A DNA stretch of 64,000 nt from Promethearchaeota archaeon. Its GTDB lineage: Archaea > Asgardarchaeota > Lokiarchaeia > Sigyniarchaeales > SOKP01. The DNA lies in assembly GCA_019057795.1 (NCBI GenBank), contig JAHLWS010000080.1, forward strand, positions 32,001 to 96,000, read 5' to 3'. The notes beneath the pieces were generated by a model. That model did not search any database, was not told the origin of the DNA, and saw only the letters and a list, made by a program, of their open reading frames with translations. This document shows, in pieces, positions 39,742-48,864 of this stretch. A program made the translations under genes and the position numbers. Each line of letters opens with the position of its first letter. Within the stretch, counting starts at the first letter, position 1.

Positions 39742-40874
39742 TGGACGAAGAAAAGATAATTGCGGATGTACAATCCTGTATTGATTGTATGATATGTTTA
39801 GATGTGTGCGATACTTTCGCAGTTACTCAGAACGAACTACTATCTCCAAATGGGAGATTAAAAATTGTTGATAAAATATTTAACAATCAGAACATTACTC
39901 AAGAGGAGATTAAGAGCATCTACACTTGTACGCTATGTGGATTGTGCGACCTTACTTGCCAACAAAGCATTCACATTGCTGACGCAATCCACGCTTCCAA
40001 AATAAAACTAGTAGAAATGGGTTTAGGACCTCTTGAAAATCATAACAAAATAATAAAAAATATTGAAGAACAAGATAATTCCGTTAATGGTAAACGAGAA
40101 GAAAGACTAAACTGGATGTCAGAAAAGTATAGAGAGTCTGAAACTTTTGAGACGGGAGATTCGGATACGTTGTTATTCTTGGGTTGCATGTCATCGTTTC
40201 GAGTAAAAGAAAGCGCAAGTGCTTCTTACGAGCTTTTAAAAGAAGGTAATTTCGATTTTAAGATATTTGAAAAGGAACCTTGTTGTGGAGAATACGCTTA
40301 TTCCGCAGGTAAATTAGACTTTTCAAAGAAAATCTTTAATGAAAATTTTGATCTCTTCAAACAACACGGAATTAAAAACATTATTACTACATGTGGTGGG
40401 TGTTTTTACGCGTTTAATAACTTATATCCAAAATACCTTCAGAATTACGATATTCCAGTTAAACACGTCATCCAAGTTATTCACGAATTAGAAAAGAATG
40501 GCAAATTGAAATTTCAGCAATCTAACGGTACAGTTACTTACCATGATTCTTGTAGGACAGGAAGAAAAATTAAAAACATTGATGTTTACGACGAACCCAG
40601 AGAACTATTAAATTTGTGTGCCACAGTTAACGAGCTCAAGGCAAATAGAGAATTAACTGCGTGTTGTGGGGCGGGTTCTGGAATTAGAGGGGTTGATAGT
40701 AGTTTATCAATAAAAATTGGTAAGAAAATTTTTGACGAATTAGAAACTCGAGATATAATTACATCGTGTCCCTTATGCGTGTTCAATTATAGATACGTAA
40801 ATTACAAAACTCAATCTGAATATAAAACTAAATACATAACCGATTATCTTTTAGAAGCGTTAAAAAAAGAGTGA
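39741..40874 (+). CDS. HdrD/GlpC-like Fe-S oxidoreductase
   Basis: CIDCMICLDVC, CTLCGLCDLTC, two CCG domains, YHDSC; TAATG overlap with activase. Confidence 0.9.
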   Translation: MDEEKIIADVQSCIDCMICLDVCDTFAVTQNELLSPNGRLKIVDKIFNNQNITQEEIKSIYTCTLCGLCDLTCQQSIHIADAIHASKIKLVEMGLGPLENHNKIIKNIEEQDNSVNGKREERLNWMSEKYRESETFETGDSDTLLFLGCMSSFRVKESASASYELLKEGNFDFKIFEKEPCCGEYAYSAGKLDFSKKIFNENFDLFKQHGIKNIITTCGGCFYAFNNLYPKYLQNYDIPVKHVIQVIHELEKNGKLKFQQSNGTVTYHDSCRTGRKIKNIDVYDEPRELLNLCATVNELKANRELTACCGAGSGIRGVDSSLSIKIGKKIFDELETRDIITSCPLCVFNYRYVNYKTQSEYKTKYITDYLLEALKKE

Positions 40875-40888
40875 AAAAGGGGTGAAAT

Positions 40889-41041
40889 GTTACGAGCGAA
40901 AACGATAAGAAAACTAAAGATGATGACCTTGAAGACGAGTTAGAAAAACAATGGGAAATGCAAGATCAAATTCACAAAGTTTGTAAAATGAAAGGAGATA
41001 CAGAAGAAAAACAAAAAAAATGGAAAGAAAAATATAGTTAA
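40889..41041 (+). CDS. Small charged protein without a canonical start codon
   Basis: Open frame VTSENDKKTKDDDLEDELEKQWEMQDQIHKVCKMKG...KYS* right after GGGGTGA. Confidence 0.45.
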   Translation, partial: VTSENDKKTKDDDLEDELEKQWEMQDQIHKVCKMKGDTEEKQKKWKEKYS

Positions 41042-41044
41042 TTT

Positions 41045-41560
41045 TTATTGTATCTTTCCTGGTCTAACAATACAGGGTTGCTGTCGATGGCGATGTGGTT
41101 TTGCTCCTTGTAACCTGATTTCTCTCCTTTTCTTAGCCTCTTCATAACGCCGTTTTTCTTCTTCGGTCTCAGGAATTAATCCTGGGACCTCAGTTGGTTT
41201 GTCATCTTTATCAATAGCGACAAATGTGAGATAAGCAGACCCAACATGTGTATGAACCCCTGTCTTCAGGCATTCTGCCTCCACTCTGACGCCAATTTCC
41301 ATCGAAGTTCTAGATACAAAATTTATTGACGCTTTTATGAATATGAGATTTCCAATATAAGCTGGCGAGATAAAATCAAATCTGTCGACTGAAGCAGTAA
41401 CTACATTAGTATGGGTATGTCTAGCAGCCACAATAGCCCCTGCTTGGTCAACAAGTTTTAATAAATTGCCACCGTGCACGTTGCCAGCGACATTTGCGTG
41501 CTCTGGCATCATAATCTGCGCAAGTTCTACTCCGGATTGTGAAACTGTTTTAGCTTCCAA
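41045..41560 (-). CDS. Acyl-CoA thioesterase (hotdog, YciA-like)
   Basis: HANVAGNVHGG.LLKLVD, VVTASVD, RTSMEIGV. Confidence 0.93.
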   Translation of the reverse strand: MEAKTVSQSGVELAQIMMPEHANVAGNVHGGNLLKLVDQAGAIVAARHTHTNVVTASVDRFDFISPAYIGNLIFIKASINFVSRTSMEIGVRVEAECLKTGVHTHVGSAYLTFVAIDKDDKPTEVPGLIPETEEEKRRYEEAKKRREIRLQGAKPHRHRQQPCIVRPGKIQ

Positions 41561-41778
41561 TATAATATACCTCTATTTAACTGATTTTCTTTAAGAATAA
41601 AAATGTTAAGAGTAATAATAAAAATTATTCTTTTAAATTATAAAATAAAAAAAACCAGTTATGTTCTCTATTCAAATGAGAGAAATTTAAATTAAATTCT
41701 AAATTCTATTATTCAATATTTTAAATTATGAATAATGATTTAAAATAAATAACACATTAAAAGGAAAAGTGATAAAAA

Positions 41779-42279
41779 ATGCCAAGTTTTAAAGAAACTT
41801 ACGAAGCAATAAAAGAAGATGTTTCAAAAGGGGAGAAAAACTTCAATGTAAGCTGTGAAATGCTGTCAGAAGGGATGCAATGTAGAGTTACCATGGGAGC
41901 TTCAAAACACGAAGTCATAATTGATGCCCCTGTAGGCCTAGATGGTACAGACCAAGGAGCATCTCCATTATTAGCCATATTAGGCTCTATTGGTGCTTGT
42001 ATTATTGCAGTTACAAGATTTTGGGCGTTAATTATGGATATAAAAATCGAATCAATGACTGTGAATTCAAGAGGCCATATAAATCTCGCAGCTCTTTTTG
42101 GACTTGACGACAAAATGCTTCCAGGCTACGATAAGCTTGAACCTGTCGTTAGAATTAAAGCAGATGCGCCTAAAGAAAAAGTAGAAGAAATGATGGAAAA
42201 AGTATTTAGTCATTGTCCAGTTATCACCAACTTCAATGGAGCATCTCCAATTAAACCTAAGTTACAAATTAGAGAATAA
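41779..42279 (+). CDS. OsmC family protein
   Basis: DAP..LDGTDQGASP, GAC, HCPV. Confidence 0.9.
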   Translation: MPSFKETYEAIKEDVSKGEKNFNVSCEMLSEGMQCRVTMGASKHEVIIDAPVGLDGTDQGASPLLAILGSIGACIIAVTRFWALIMDIKIESMTVNSRGHINLAALFGLDDKMLPGYDKLEPVVRIKADAPKEKVEEMMEKVFSHCPVITNFNGASPIKPKLQIRE

Positions 42280-42589
42280 ACTCTTTTATGTTTTTTTTAA
42301 ATAAAAAAAATTAGATTTTTTATAATAGATGAAATAAATCAATGGTTCACTACCTTCATCAATAGAAATTAAGAGAATTTCACGTTAGACTGGCTTAAAG
42401 GACAAAAGCTAACATTTGAGAGTATTTATGACATGAGAAAATAACCTTATAATTTGTTATATCCCGCTAAACCTAATTAGCAAAAATATTAATTGATTTA
42501 TACCCCAATAGTTTGAAATGTATAAAAAGGAAAGTAACCTAATTATTAACTACTTACAAATAATATCTTACTATTATGGCGAAAATAAT

Positions 42590-43759
42590 ATGAAATCAAG
42601 TGTAAATTCAAAAATAATAATTTTAATCGCTTTAGGAATCCTTTTCGCTTTCTCACCAATAATTACTTCTAATTTTATTTTTAATGCGGGAAATAACAAG
42701 ACTAGTTCAGAATATGATGATGATATTACTATAGATTATGAAAATTTGAAAATCTCGGCAACATCTGGGAAAATTCATATTGATGGTAATTCTGGATGGG
42801 TTGCTTTTAAAAATGCTGGAAAATGTACTGGTGAAGGCACTTATTCCGACCCTTATATCATAGAAGATTTGGTAATCAATTCTGAAGGTTGGGGAAGTTG
42901 TATCCTAATTGAAAATTCCGATGTGTACTTTAAAATTGAGAATTGCTTCGTTTACAGTTCAGGAGGAGTTTATAGAGAACCTGTAGAAACTTATACAGGA
43001 ATAGAATTATCAAATGTAAACAATGCCTTGATAATCTCAAATAATTGTTCGTCGAATGTGGTAGGGATATTTTTAGCTTATAGTGATAATAACACCATTT
43101 CGGGAAACATTGCATATAATAACAACAGATATGGGATATATTTAAGTTATAGTAATAAAAACACCATTTCGGGAAATATAATGAATAAATGTGGATTAGG
43201 ATTATATGGTTCTGATATTAAGGAATTAAGTTCCCATAATATAGATACTACAAATCTTGTGAATGGAAAACCTTTATATTATTACTCCAATGAAGTAAAT
43301 TTAGAACCAAACAATTTTACTAATGCCGGGCAAGTTATATTAGCCAATTGTACTGATTCACTAATATCAAACGTAAACATTTCTTATTGTACTACAGGAA
43401 TTTCGTTATTTTATTGTAATACCAACACCATTTCGGGAAACACCGTAAATAGTAACTCTCATTATGGGATATATTTATCTTATAGTGACTATAACTCCAT
43501 TTCGGGAAACACAGCAAATAACAACTTTAATGGGATAGATTTATATTATAGTGATTATAACTCCATTTCGGGAAATATTTTAATTGGTAATGGTGATTGC
43601 ATCTGGGAAAGAGAATGCCAAGGAAATGAATTTAGTGATAACGGTTCTTGTACTTATGGTCAAGCAGACGATATAATTCCTGGATATAACCTATTCTTTC
43701 TACTTGGTATTCTATCCGTTATAGCAATCATTCTTAGTAAAAAAGTAAAGAAATCCTAA
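42590..43759 (+). CDS. Secreted NosD/CASH parallel beta-helix protein with Loki-CTERM-like anchor
   Basis: Signal peptide, IHIDGN..GTYSDPYIIE, GIYL.YS..NTISGN repeats, NGKPLYY, IPGY-TM-KK. Confidence 0.88.
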   Translation: MKSSVNSKIIILIALGILFAFSPIITSNFIFNAGNNKTSSEYDDDITIDYENLKISATSGKIHIDGNSGWVAFKNAGKCTGEGTYSDPYIIEDLVINSEGWGSCILIENSDVYFKIENCFVYSSGGVYREPVETYTGIELSNVNNALIISNNCSSNVVGIFLAYSDNNTISGNIAYNNNRYGIYLSYSNKNTISGNIMNKCGLGLYGSDIKELSSHNIDTTNLVNGKPLYYYSNEVNLEPNNFTNAGQVILANCTDSLISNVNISYCTTGISLFYCNTNTISGNTVNSNSHYGIYLSYSDYNSISGNTANNNFNGIDLYYSDYNSISGNILIGNGDCIWERECQGNEFSDNGSCTYGQADDIIPGYNLFFLLGILSVIAIILSKKVKKS

Positions 43760-43959
43760 AATCTAATTTTTTTTTCATTTTTTTAAATACTTAATTCTTA
43801 ACCCTCTTTATTACTATCTTAAAGTATCAAAATCTAAAAGAAGTTCCTCTGCGAATTCTACCAACTATTTTATTTGCTCTAAGCCTCGTATTTGAAATTT
43901 AATTTTGTATTCTTATTGTATAATATTGAATAAAAGATAATTTTTACACTCTATAGTGT

Positions 43960-44805
43960 CTATTTTAATGGAAATTTAGGGTCTCTTTTCTCAAAAAAGG
44001 CGGCAGAAGCTTCGTTTACGTCTTTTGAGCTAAATGTTAAAACTATTGATGAGTTTTCAAATTGTAGTATGGTTTCTAAGCTTGGGGAATCTAAAGATAA
44101 ATTGATTGCTTGTTTAGTCATTCTTAATCCCAGAGGACTTTTAGTTAAAAGATTGTTTGCAATCTCTAGAGCTGAATCCATTAAGTCATCCTTTTTTACA
44201 ACTCTTAAAACTAATCCTATTTTTTCAGCTTCAATACCATCAACAATCTTCCCGCTATATAGTATTTCAGCTGCTCTTGACATTCCAATAAGTCGAGGAA
44301 GAAAATAACTACCACCCACATCTGCACCAGTAAGTCCAATATTAATGGAAGCGTTAATAAATTTTACATCTTCACTGGCAATCCGTATATCTGCTGCCAT
44401 TGCGAATCCAAATCCCCCACCTGCTGCTGCTCCGTGTATAATTGCAATTATAGGTTGACTAATTTTTCGCATTTTCACATATATTTGACTTATACGCCAT
44501 TGATGATACATTTTCCTTTTTAATGGCTCTGGAACGTTTAGAAAGTGGTATTTCTCATAACCTACGGGTGTCTTCTTTGAATTTAAAATTAATCCTTCTT
44601 GTAAATCAGTTCCAGCACAGAATGCTCGTCCCATTCCCCCAAAAATCACTACACGACAATCTAAATTTGTCATCAAATGGTCTAATAATTCATGTAACTC
44701 TTCCTCCATTTGAAAAGAAATAGCATTTAATTTGTCTGGACGATTGAGTTTTATAATACCAATACCATTTGGTTTCAGTTCAAAATTTATTGTTTCAAAA
44801 TTCAA
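43960..44805 (-). CDS. Enoyl-CoA hydratase/isomerase family (paralog A)
   Basis: LNRPDKLNA, AFCAGTDL, AAGGG, FFEKRDP. Confidence 0.93.
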   Translation of the reverse strand: MNFETINFELKPNGIGIIKLNRPDKLNAISFQMEEELHELLDHLMTNLDCRVVIFGGMGRAFCAGTDLQEGLILNSKKTPVGYEKYHFLNVPEPLKRKMYHQWRISQIYVKMRKISQPIIAIIHGAAAGGGFGFAMAADIRIASEDVKFINASINIGLTGADVGGSYFLPRLIGMSRAAEILYSGKIVDGIEAEKIGLVLRVVKKDDLMDSALEIANNLLTKSPLGLRMTKQAINLSLDSPSLETILQFENSSIVLTFSSKDVNEASAAFFEKRDPKFPLK

Positions 44806-44827
44806 TTTTTTTCACTTTATTCTTATT

Positions 44828-44902
44828 TTAATATTCTCCATTAAGAATTAATTCATCATTAATGTGATGGATTTTGTCCAGATAATCGTTAAAACGATTC
44901 AA
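44828..44902 (-). pseudogene. Truncated HEPN/DUF86-like toxin remnant
   Basis: TTG overlapping the MNT stop gives MNRFNDYLDKIHHINDELILNGEY*; position and N-terminal pattern suit an MNT-HEPN partner. Confidence 0.45.
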
Positions 44903-45209
44903 AATAAGCCTCCTTTAATATCTTGGGCTTCATATAAGGATTGAGGGCTTCAATTGTGAGTAATTCTATCTTTCTCTGCAAAAGACCTTCTAATAAAAAA
45001 ACTAATTCGATAAAATTATCATAATTTTTTTTCCCCTCATCAAACTCGACTATTAGATCGACATCACTCTCATTAGTATGCTCTCCTCTTAAAACGGAAC
45101 CAAATAATCCTATCTTTTTAACATTATGCTTCTTTAATTTTTCTTTATTTTGCTTTAGAAGCTTGAAAATATCTTCTTTATTTAGAGCTTTCATGTTTTT
45201 CTCATTCAA
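44889..45209 (-). CDS. Minimal nucleotidyltransferase (MNT) antitoxin
   Basis: LFGSVLRGE...SDVDLIVEF. Confidence 0.92.
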   Translation of the reverse strand: MNEKNMKALNKEDIFKLLKQNKEKLKKHNVKKIGLFGSVLRGEHTNESDVDLIVEFDEGKKNYDNFIELVFLLEGLLQRKIELLTIEALNPYMKPKILKEAYFESF

Positions 45210-45308
45210 TAGGTATTATTCATATTTATTAAATATATTCATCCTAATACTTTTTTATACTAATGATTTATTAATAAATGACGAATATTTGAGTCATCTA
45301 AATCCGGG

Positions 45309-46163
45309 TTAGCTCAAGGGATATTTTGGATCTCTTTTTTCGAAAAAGGATTGAACACCTTCCATAATGTCATCTGAAGTAGAACAAAGCATTTGTGCAC
45401 GATTTTCTAATTGAAGAATCGTTTCCAGACTTGGGGAATCAAGAGATAAATTAATTGCTTGTTTGGTCATCCTTAACCCTAAAGGGCTTTTACGCAACAT
45501 ATTTTCAGCCAATTCAATAGCAGTTTCTAATAATTTTTTTTCTTCTACCACTCTTAAAACTAGTCCAATCTTTTCAGCTTCAGAAGCGTCGACAAATCTT
45601 CCCGTATATAAAATCTCTGCTGCTCTTGACATCCCTATAAGTCGAGGAAGGTGATAACTAGATCCTAAGTCTGCGCCAGAAAACCCTACATTAATAAATG
45701 CATTATTAAATCTTGCTTTTTTGCTGGCAATCCTAATATCTGCGGCTAAGATAAAAGCAAAACCTGCTCCAGATGCAGCACCCTGAATTAAAGCGATAAT
45801 TGGTTGACCAATCTTACGCATTTTCACGATAATTTGACTGGTGTGCCACTGAGCGTATAATTTTGCCTTTATAATATCTTTATCGGGAGCATTTAGAAAA
45901 TGAAACTTTTCTTTTAATTCTGGTGGCTTCTTTTTAGACTGTAAAATCATCGATTCTTTCAAATCCAAGCCAGCACAGAACGCTCTCCCTTCTGCTTTTA
46001 ATATAACAACACGACAATCTAAATTAACCATTAAAGAGTCAAATAAAGCGTGCAAATCTTTAATCATCTGAAACGACATAGCATTTAATTTATCAGGACG
46101 ATTAAGTGTTAGTATTCCAATTCCATTTTCTTTTAATTCAAAGTTTATAGTTTCAAATTTCAT
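45309..46163 (-). CDS. Enoyl-CoA hydratase/isomerase family (paralog B)
   Basis: Near-identical motifs to 43960-44805. Confidence 0.93.
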   Translation of the reverse strand: MKFETINFELKENGIGILTLNRPDKLNAMSFQMIKDLHALFDSLMVNLDCRVVILKAEGRAFCAGLDLKESMILQSKKKPPELKEKFHFLNAPDKDIIKAKLYAQWHTSQIIVKMRKIGQPIIALIQGAASGAGFAFILAADIRIASKKARFNNAFINVGFSGADLGSSYHLPRLIGMSRAAEILYTGRFVDASEAEKIGLVLRVVEEKKLLETAIELAENMLRKSPLGLRMTKQAINLSLDSPSLETILQLENRAQMLCSTSDDIMEGVQSFFEKRDPKYPLS

Positions 46164-46217
46164 TTTTTTTCATTTTATTTTATTAATTTTTAATACTACT
46201 AATCTGTAAAACCAGTA

Positions 46218-46670
46218 TTATTTTAAATCATCAATGAAGTTAATTTTTACGAGAGTTGATAATTCGCTAAAAACTTTCTCGATTTCATCCTCTTTTTTCA
46301 TGTAAATAGGAATATCTAACAATTTTGCGGTTGCCAAGCTATAACAATCAGCAAGGGAAATAGCAAAATTACATTTTAAGTGAGCTGCCTCATCTCTTAA
46401 TTTTTTTTCAGAATATATCGTAAAATCTTTTAAAAATTCAGAGGTTATCTTGATTGCATTTTCATGCCCTTTTTGTCGACATAATATGTACTTAAGTTCA
46501 GTATCCACGAGAGGTGAAATGTAAAACTTTTGGATCTGTGTAATTGAAAGAACCTTTTGAAAAAAATCTTTACCCATTGGAGTTTCATCTAAAACTTCCA
46601 TTAAAACGGATGTATCAACGACTATTGATGTATCATCGATTAGTGTATCTTTCTTCTCGTTCAAGATCAA
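46218..46670 (-). CDS. vapC: PIN-domain (VapC-like) toxin
   Basis: VVDTSVL, TELKY, ISLADCYSLATA. Confidence 0.88.
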   Translation of the reverse strand: MILNEKKDTLIDDTSIVVDTSVLMEVLDETPMGKDFFQKVLSITQIQKFYISPLVDTELKYILCRQKGHENAIKITSEFLKDFTIYSEKKLRDEAAHLKCNFAISLADCYSLATAKLLDIPIYMKKEDEIEKVFSELSTLVKINFIDDLK

Positions 46671-46902
46671 CCCTCCTTGATTCTATAAGTAAAGATCTAC
46701 CTTCTCCCTTAAGAATTCCTTGAAATTTTTTAATATTATTGAGAAATTCTTCTTTATTTACTTTTATTACTTTTTCTTCAAGTAGGAATTCAATTGCCTC
46801 GTCATAAGTAATTCTTCTTCCCCATTTTTTCTCAAGTCTATTTATAAGTTCAAATAACTTGTTTTTGATTTTCTTTGAAATCTGAATAGTAGTACTTGCC
46901 AT
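46633..46902 (-). CDS. VapB-like antitoxin
   Basis: TTIQIS..RRITYDEAIEFLL; overlaps PIN gene; palindrome TTATAG-TCG-CTATAA upstream. Confidence 0.82.
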   Translation of the reverse strand: MASTTIQISKKIKNKLFELINRLEKKWGRRITYDEAIEFLLEEKVIKVNKEEFLNNIKKFQGILKGEGRSLLIESRRVDLEREERYTNR

Positions 46903-47022
46903 AATTTATTCACTTTATTATTCTTATTATAACTATTATAGTCGCTATAATTATTATAGAATTCTAATTTATAAATTTAAATATGTCATTCAAAATAAAG
47001 TTGTAATTTAACCCTGTAAATT

Positions 47023-47796
47023 TTACAGCGAGCTTAAAGTCTTTTTAGCTATAGAAAACAATGTGTGTAAATGTGTCTCAGTTAAATGAAAGTGCAACTC
47101 CCAATTATCTTCAGTTAGATAATCACTTATAGTAAAAATAGCTCCAGCTCCGACATTCAAATGCTTCGCTACCGCAAATATGGCAGCAGCTTCCATTTCG
47201 ACGGTTAGAACTCCTTCTTCTTGATATTTTTTAATCTCAGCTATAGTTTCGCGATAAGGTGCGTCAATCGTCCAACTTGTTCCTGTATGGTAACTTATAT
47301 TCAAACTTTTTGCGACTTCAATCATTCTTTCTGTTAACAATTGAGAGGGATAAGAATATTTTTCACTTGGTAAATAATGATGCGATGTTCCCTCGTCTCG
47401 GATCGCTTTTGTGCATATTATATTGCTTCCTAATTGTAAATTTTTTTGTAAAGAGCCAGCCGTTCCGATCGAAAGAAACGATTTAATTCCAAACGCGTTA
47501 AGCTCTTCCATTAAAATTGCTACTATAGGGGCTCCAATTCCAAAATTGCCACATATACCGATCTGATTGTCGTTTTCATTTAGCAGGTAAAAATAATCTC
47601 CAAAAACGCTATCAATTTTTTTAAGAGAATAATTTTCTAATATATAATTAAAGATAGTAGGAGAATAACATATTATTACTCCTTTAGGGGGATCTATATC
47701 GGGATATCTTCCAAGTTCTTTTTTATACCTCCAGAAATCTTTAGCGTTAACAAAAGATTTCTCGCGGTATTTATTCGGATAATTTGGGAAGGTCAT
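47023..47796 (-). CDS. Nucleoside phosphorylase (PNP/UDP family)
   Basis: GIGAP, IGTAGSL, RDEGTSHHY, WTIDAPYRET, VEMEAA. Confidence 0.93.
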   Translation of the reverse strand: MTFPNYPNKYREKSFVNAKDFWRYKKELGRYPDIDPPKGVIICYSPTIFNYILENYSLKKIDSVFGDYFYLLNENDNQIGICGNFGIGAPIVAILMEELNAFGIKSFLSIGTAGSLQKNLQLGSNIICTKAIRDEGTSHHYLPSEKYSYPSQLLTERMIEVAKSLNISYHTGTSWTIDAPYRETIAEIKKYQEEGVLTVEMEAAAIFAVAKHLNVGAGAIFTISDYLTEDNWELHFHLTETHLHTLFSIAKKTLSSL

Positions 47797-47848
47797 ATTT
47801 TTTGAAAAGTTTTAGAGAATTTGAAATTACTTGAAAAATACTAATACT

Positions 47849-48679
47849 TTAAATTTTATCTAATAAACTAAGCCAATTGGGTAACTCTTGAATATTATTG
47901 TTTCCAAAATTGATATTTTCAATCGATTTTAAAGCACTCAAGACATCTGGGACGGTTGAAAAGTTATTCCAACTTAAATCAATATTTTCAAGGTGCGAAA
48001 GCTCACTCAAAGAATCGGGTAAATTTGTTAAATAATTACAGCTTAGATTCAGATATTTTAAATTCTTCAATAAGCTAATTGATGTTGGTAGTTGATTTCT
48101 CAACGATAAACTCAACTCTAAAATGTGCTTATCTTTGATTATACAAACTATATTTTCGTCGTAGATCAATTTATTAACGGATTCCCAGTAAAAAAGGTTG
48201 TTATTGTTTATATTTAATCCCAAATCTAATAAGAAAGGAACTTCCTCAAGAATGAGATTATATTTTAAAGAAATTTGTTCTAACCTCTGAAAATATATCT
48301 GATTTAAAGCTTCAGACAAATAACTCTGGCGATTTTTTAACATACTTCCAAGTAAACTTAGAACTTTGGACGATTTGTCGTTTAGAATGGCCCATTCTAA
48401 GGATTTTAAACCCACCTCTAAGTAATTTGATAATATAATTTCAGCAGAAATTATCCTAATATCTTCGTATTCATCAGAAATTAGACAACTTTCTATTATT
48501 TTAAAAATCGCCCGATTTCTAACATTTAGCTTGTTTAAAACATTTAGACTTTCTAACCTTAGGCTTGTATCATCAGATTTTTCTATAATTGAAATTAGAA
48601 ATTCAATAGCTTCAAACTTTGTTATTTTATTCTTAATTATTTTCTGGTAAATACTATTTGGGTTTAAAATATCTTTCAT
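47849..48679 (-). CDS. HEAT-like plus leucine-rich-repeat protein
   Basis: CLISDE..DIR; LKYLNLSCNYLTNLP, LENIDLSWNNF. Confidence 0.88.
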   Translation of the reverse strand: MKDILNPNSIYQKIIKNKITKFEAIEFLISIIEKSDDTSLRLESLNVLNKLNVRNRAIFKIIESCLISDEYEDIRIISAEIILSNYLEVGLKSLEWAILNDKSSKVLSLLGSMLKNRQSYLSEALNQIYFQRLEQISLKYNLILEEVPFLLDLGLNINNNNLFYWESVNKLIYDENIVCIIKDKHILELSLSLRNQLPTSISLLKNLKYLNLSCNYLTNLPDSLSELSHLENIDLSWNNFSTVPDVLSALKSIENINFGNNNIQELPNWLSLLDKI

Positions 48680-48864
48680 TTCGAGTTATTTGCTAAAATA
48701 ATTTATATGTTAAATAATATAATAAAAAATTTTAAGATAATTGTAAATCACTTAATCACTCAAAGCAATTTCCACTTATTTTTTAAAATTTAAAAATCTT
48801 TATTAGATTGAGAATTTATAATAATAGTTATTTATACATTTGAATTAAAATTTCAGATAAAAAA

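Noticed and set aside
43050-43580. CRISPR array
   Set aside because: Repeats are in-frame beta-helix coding units; no cas genes
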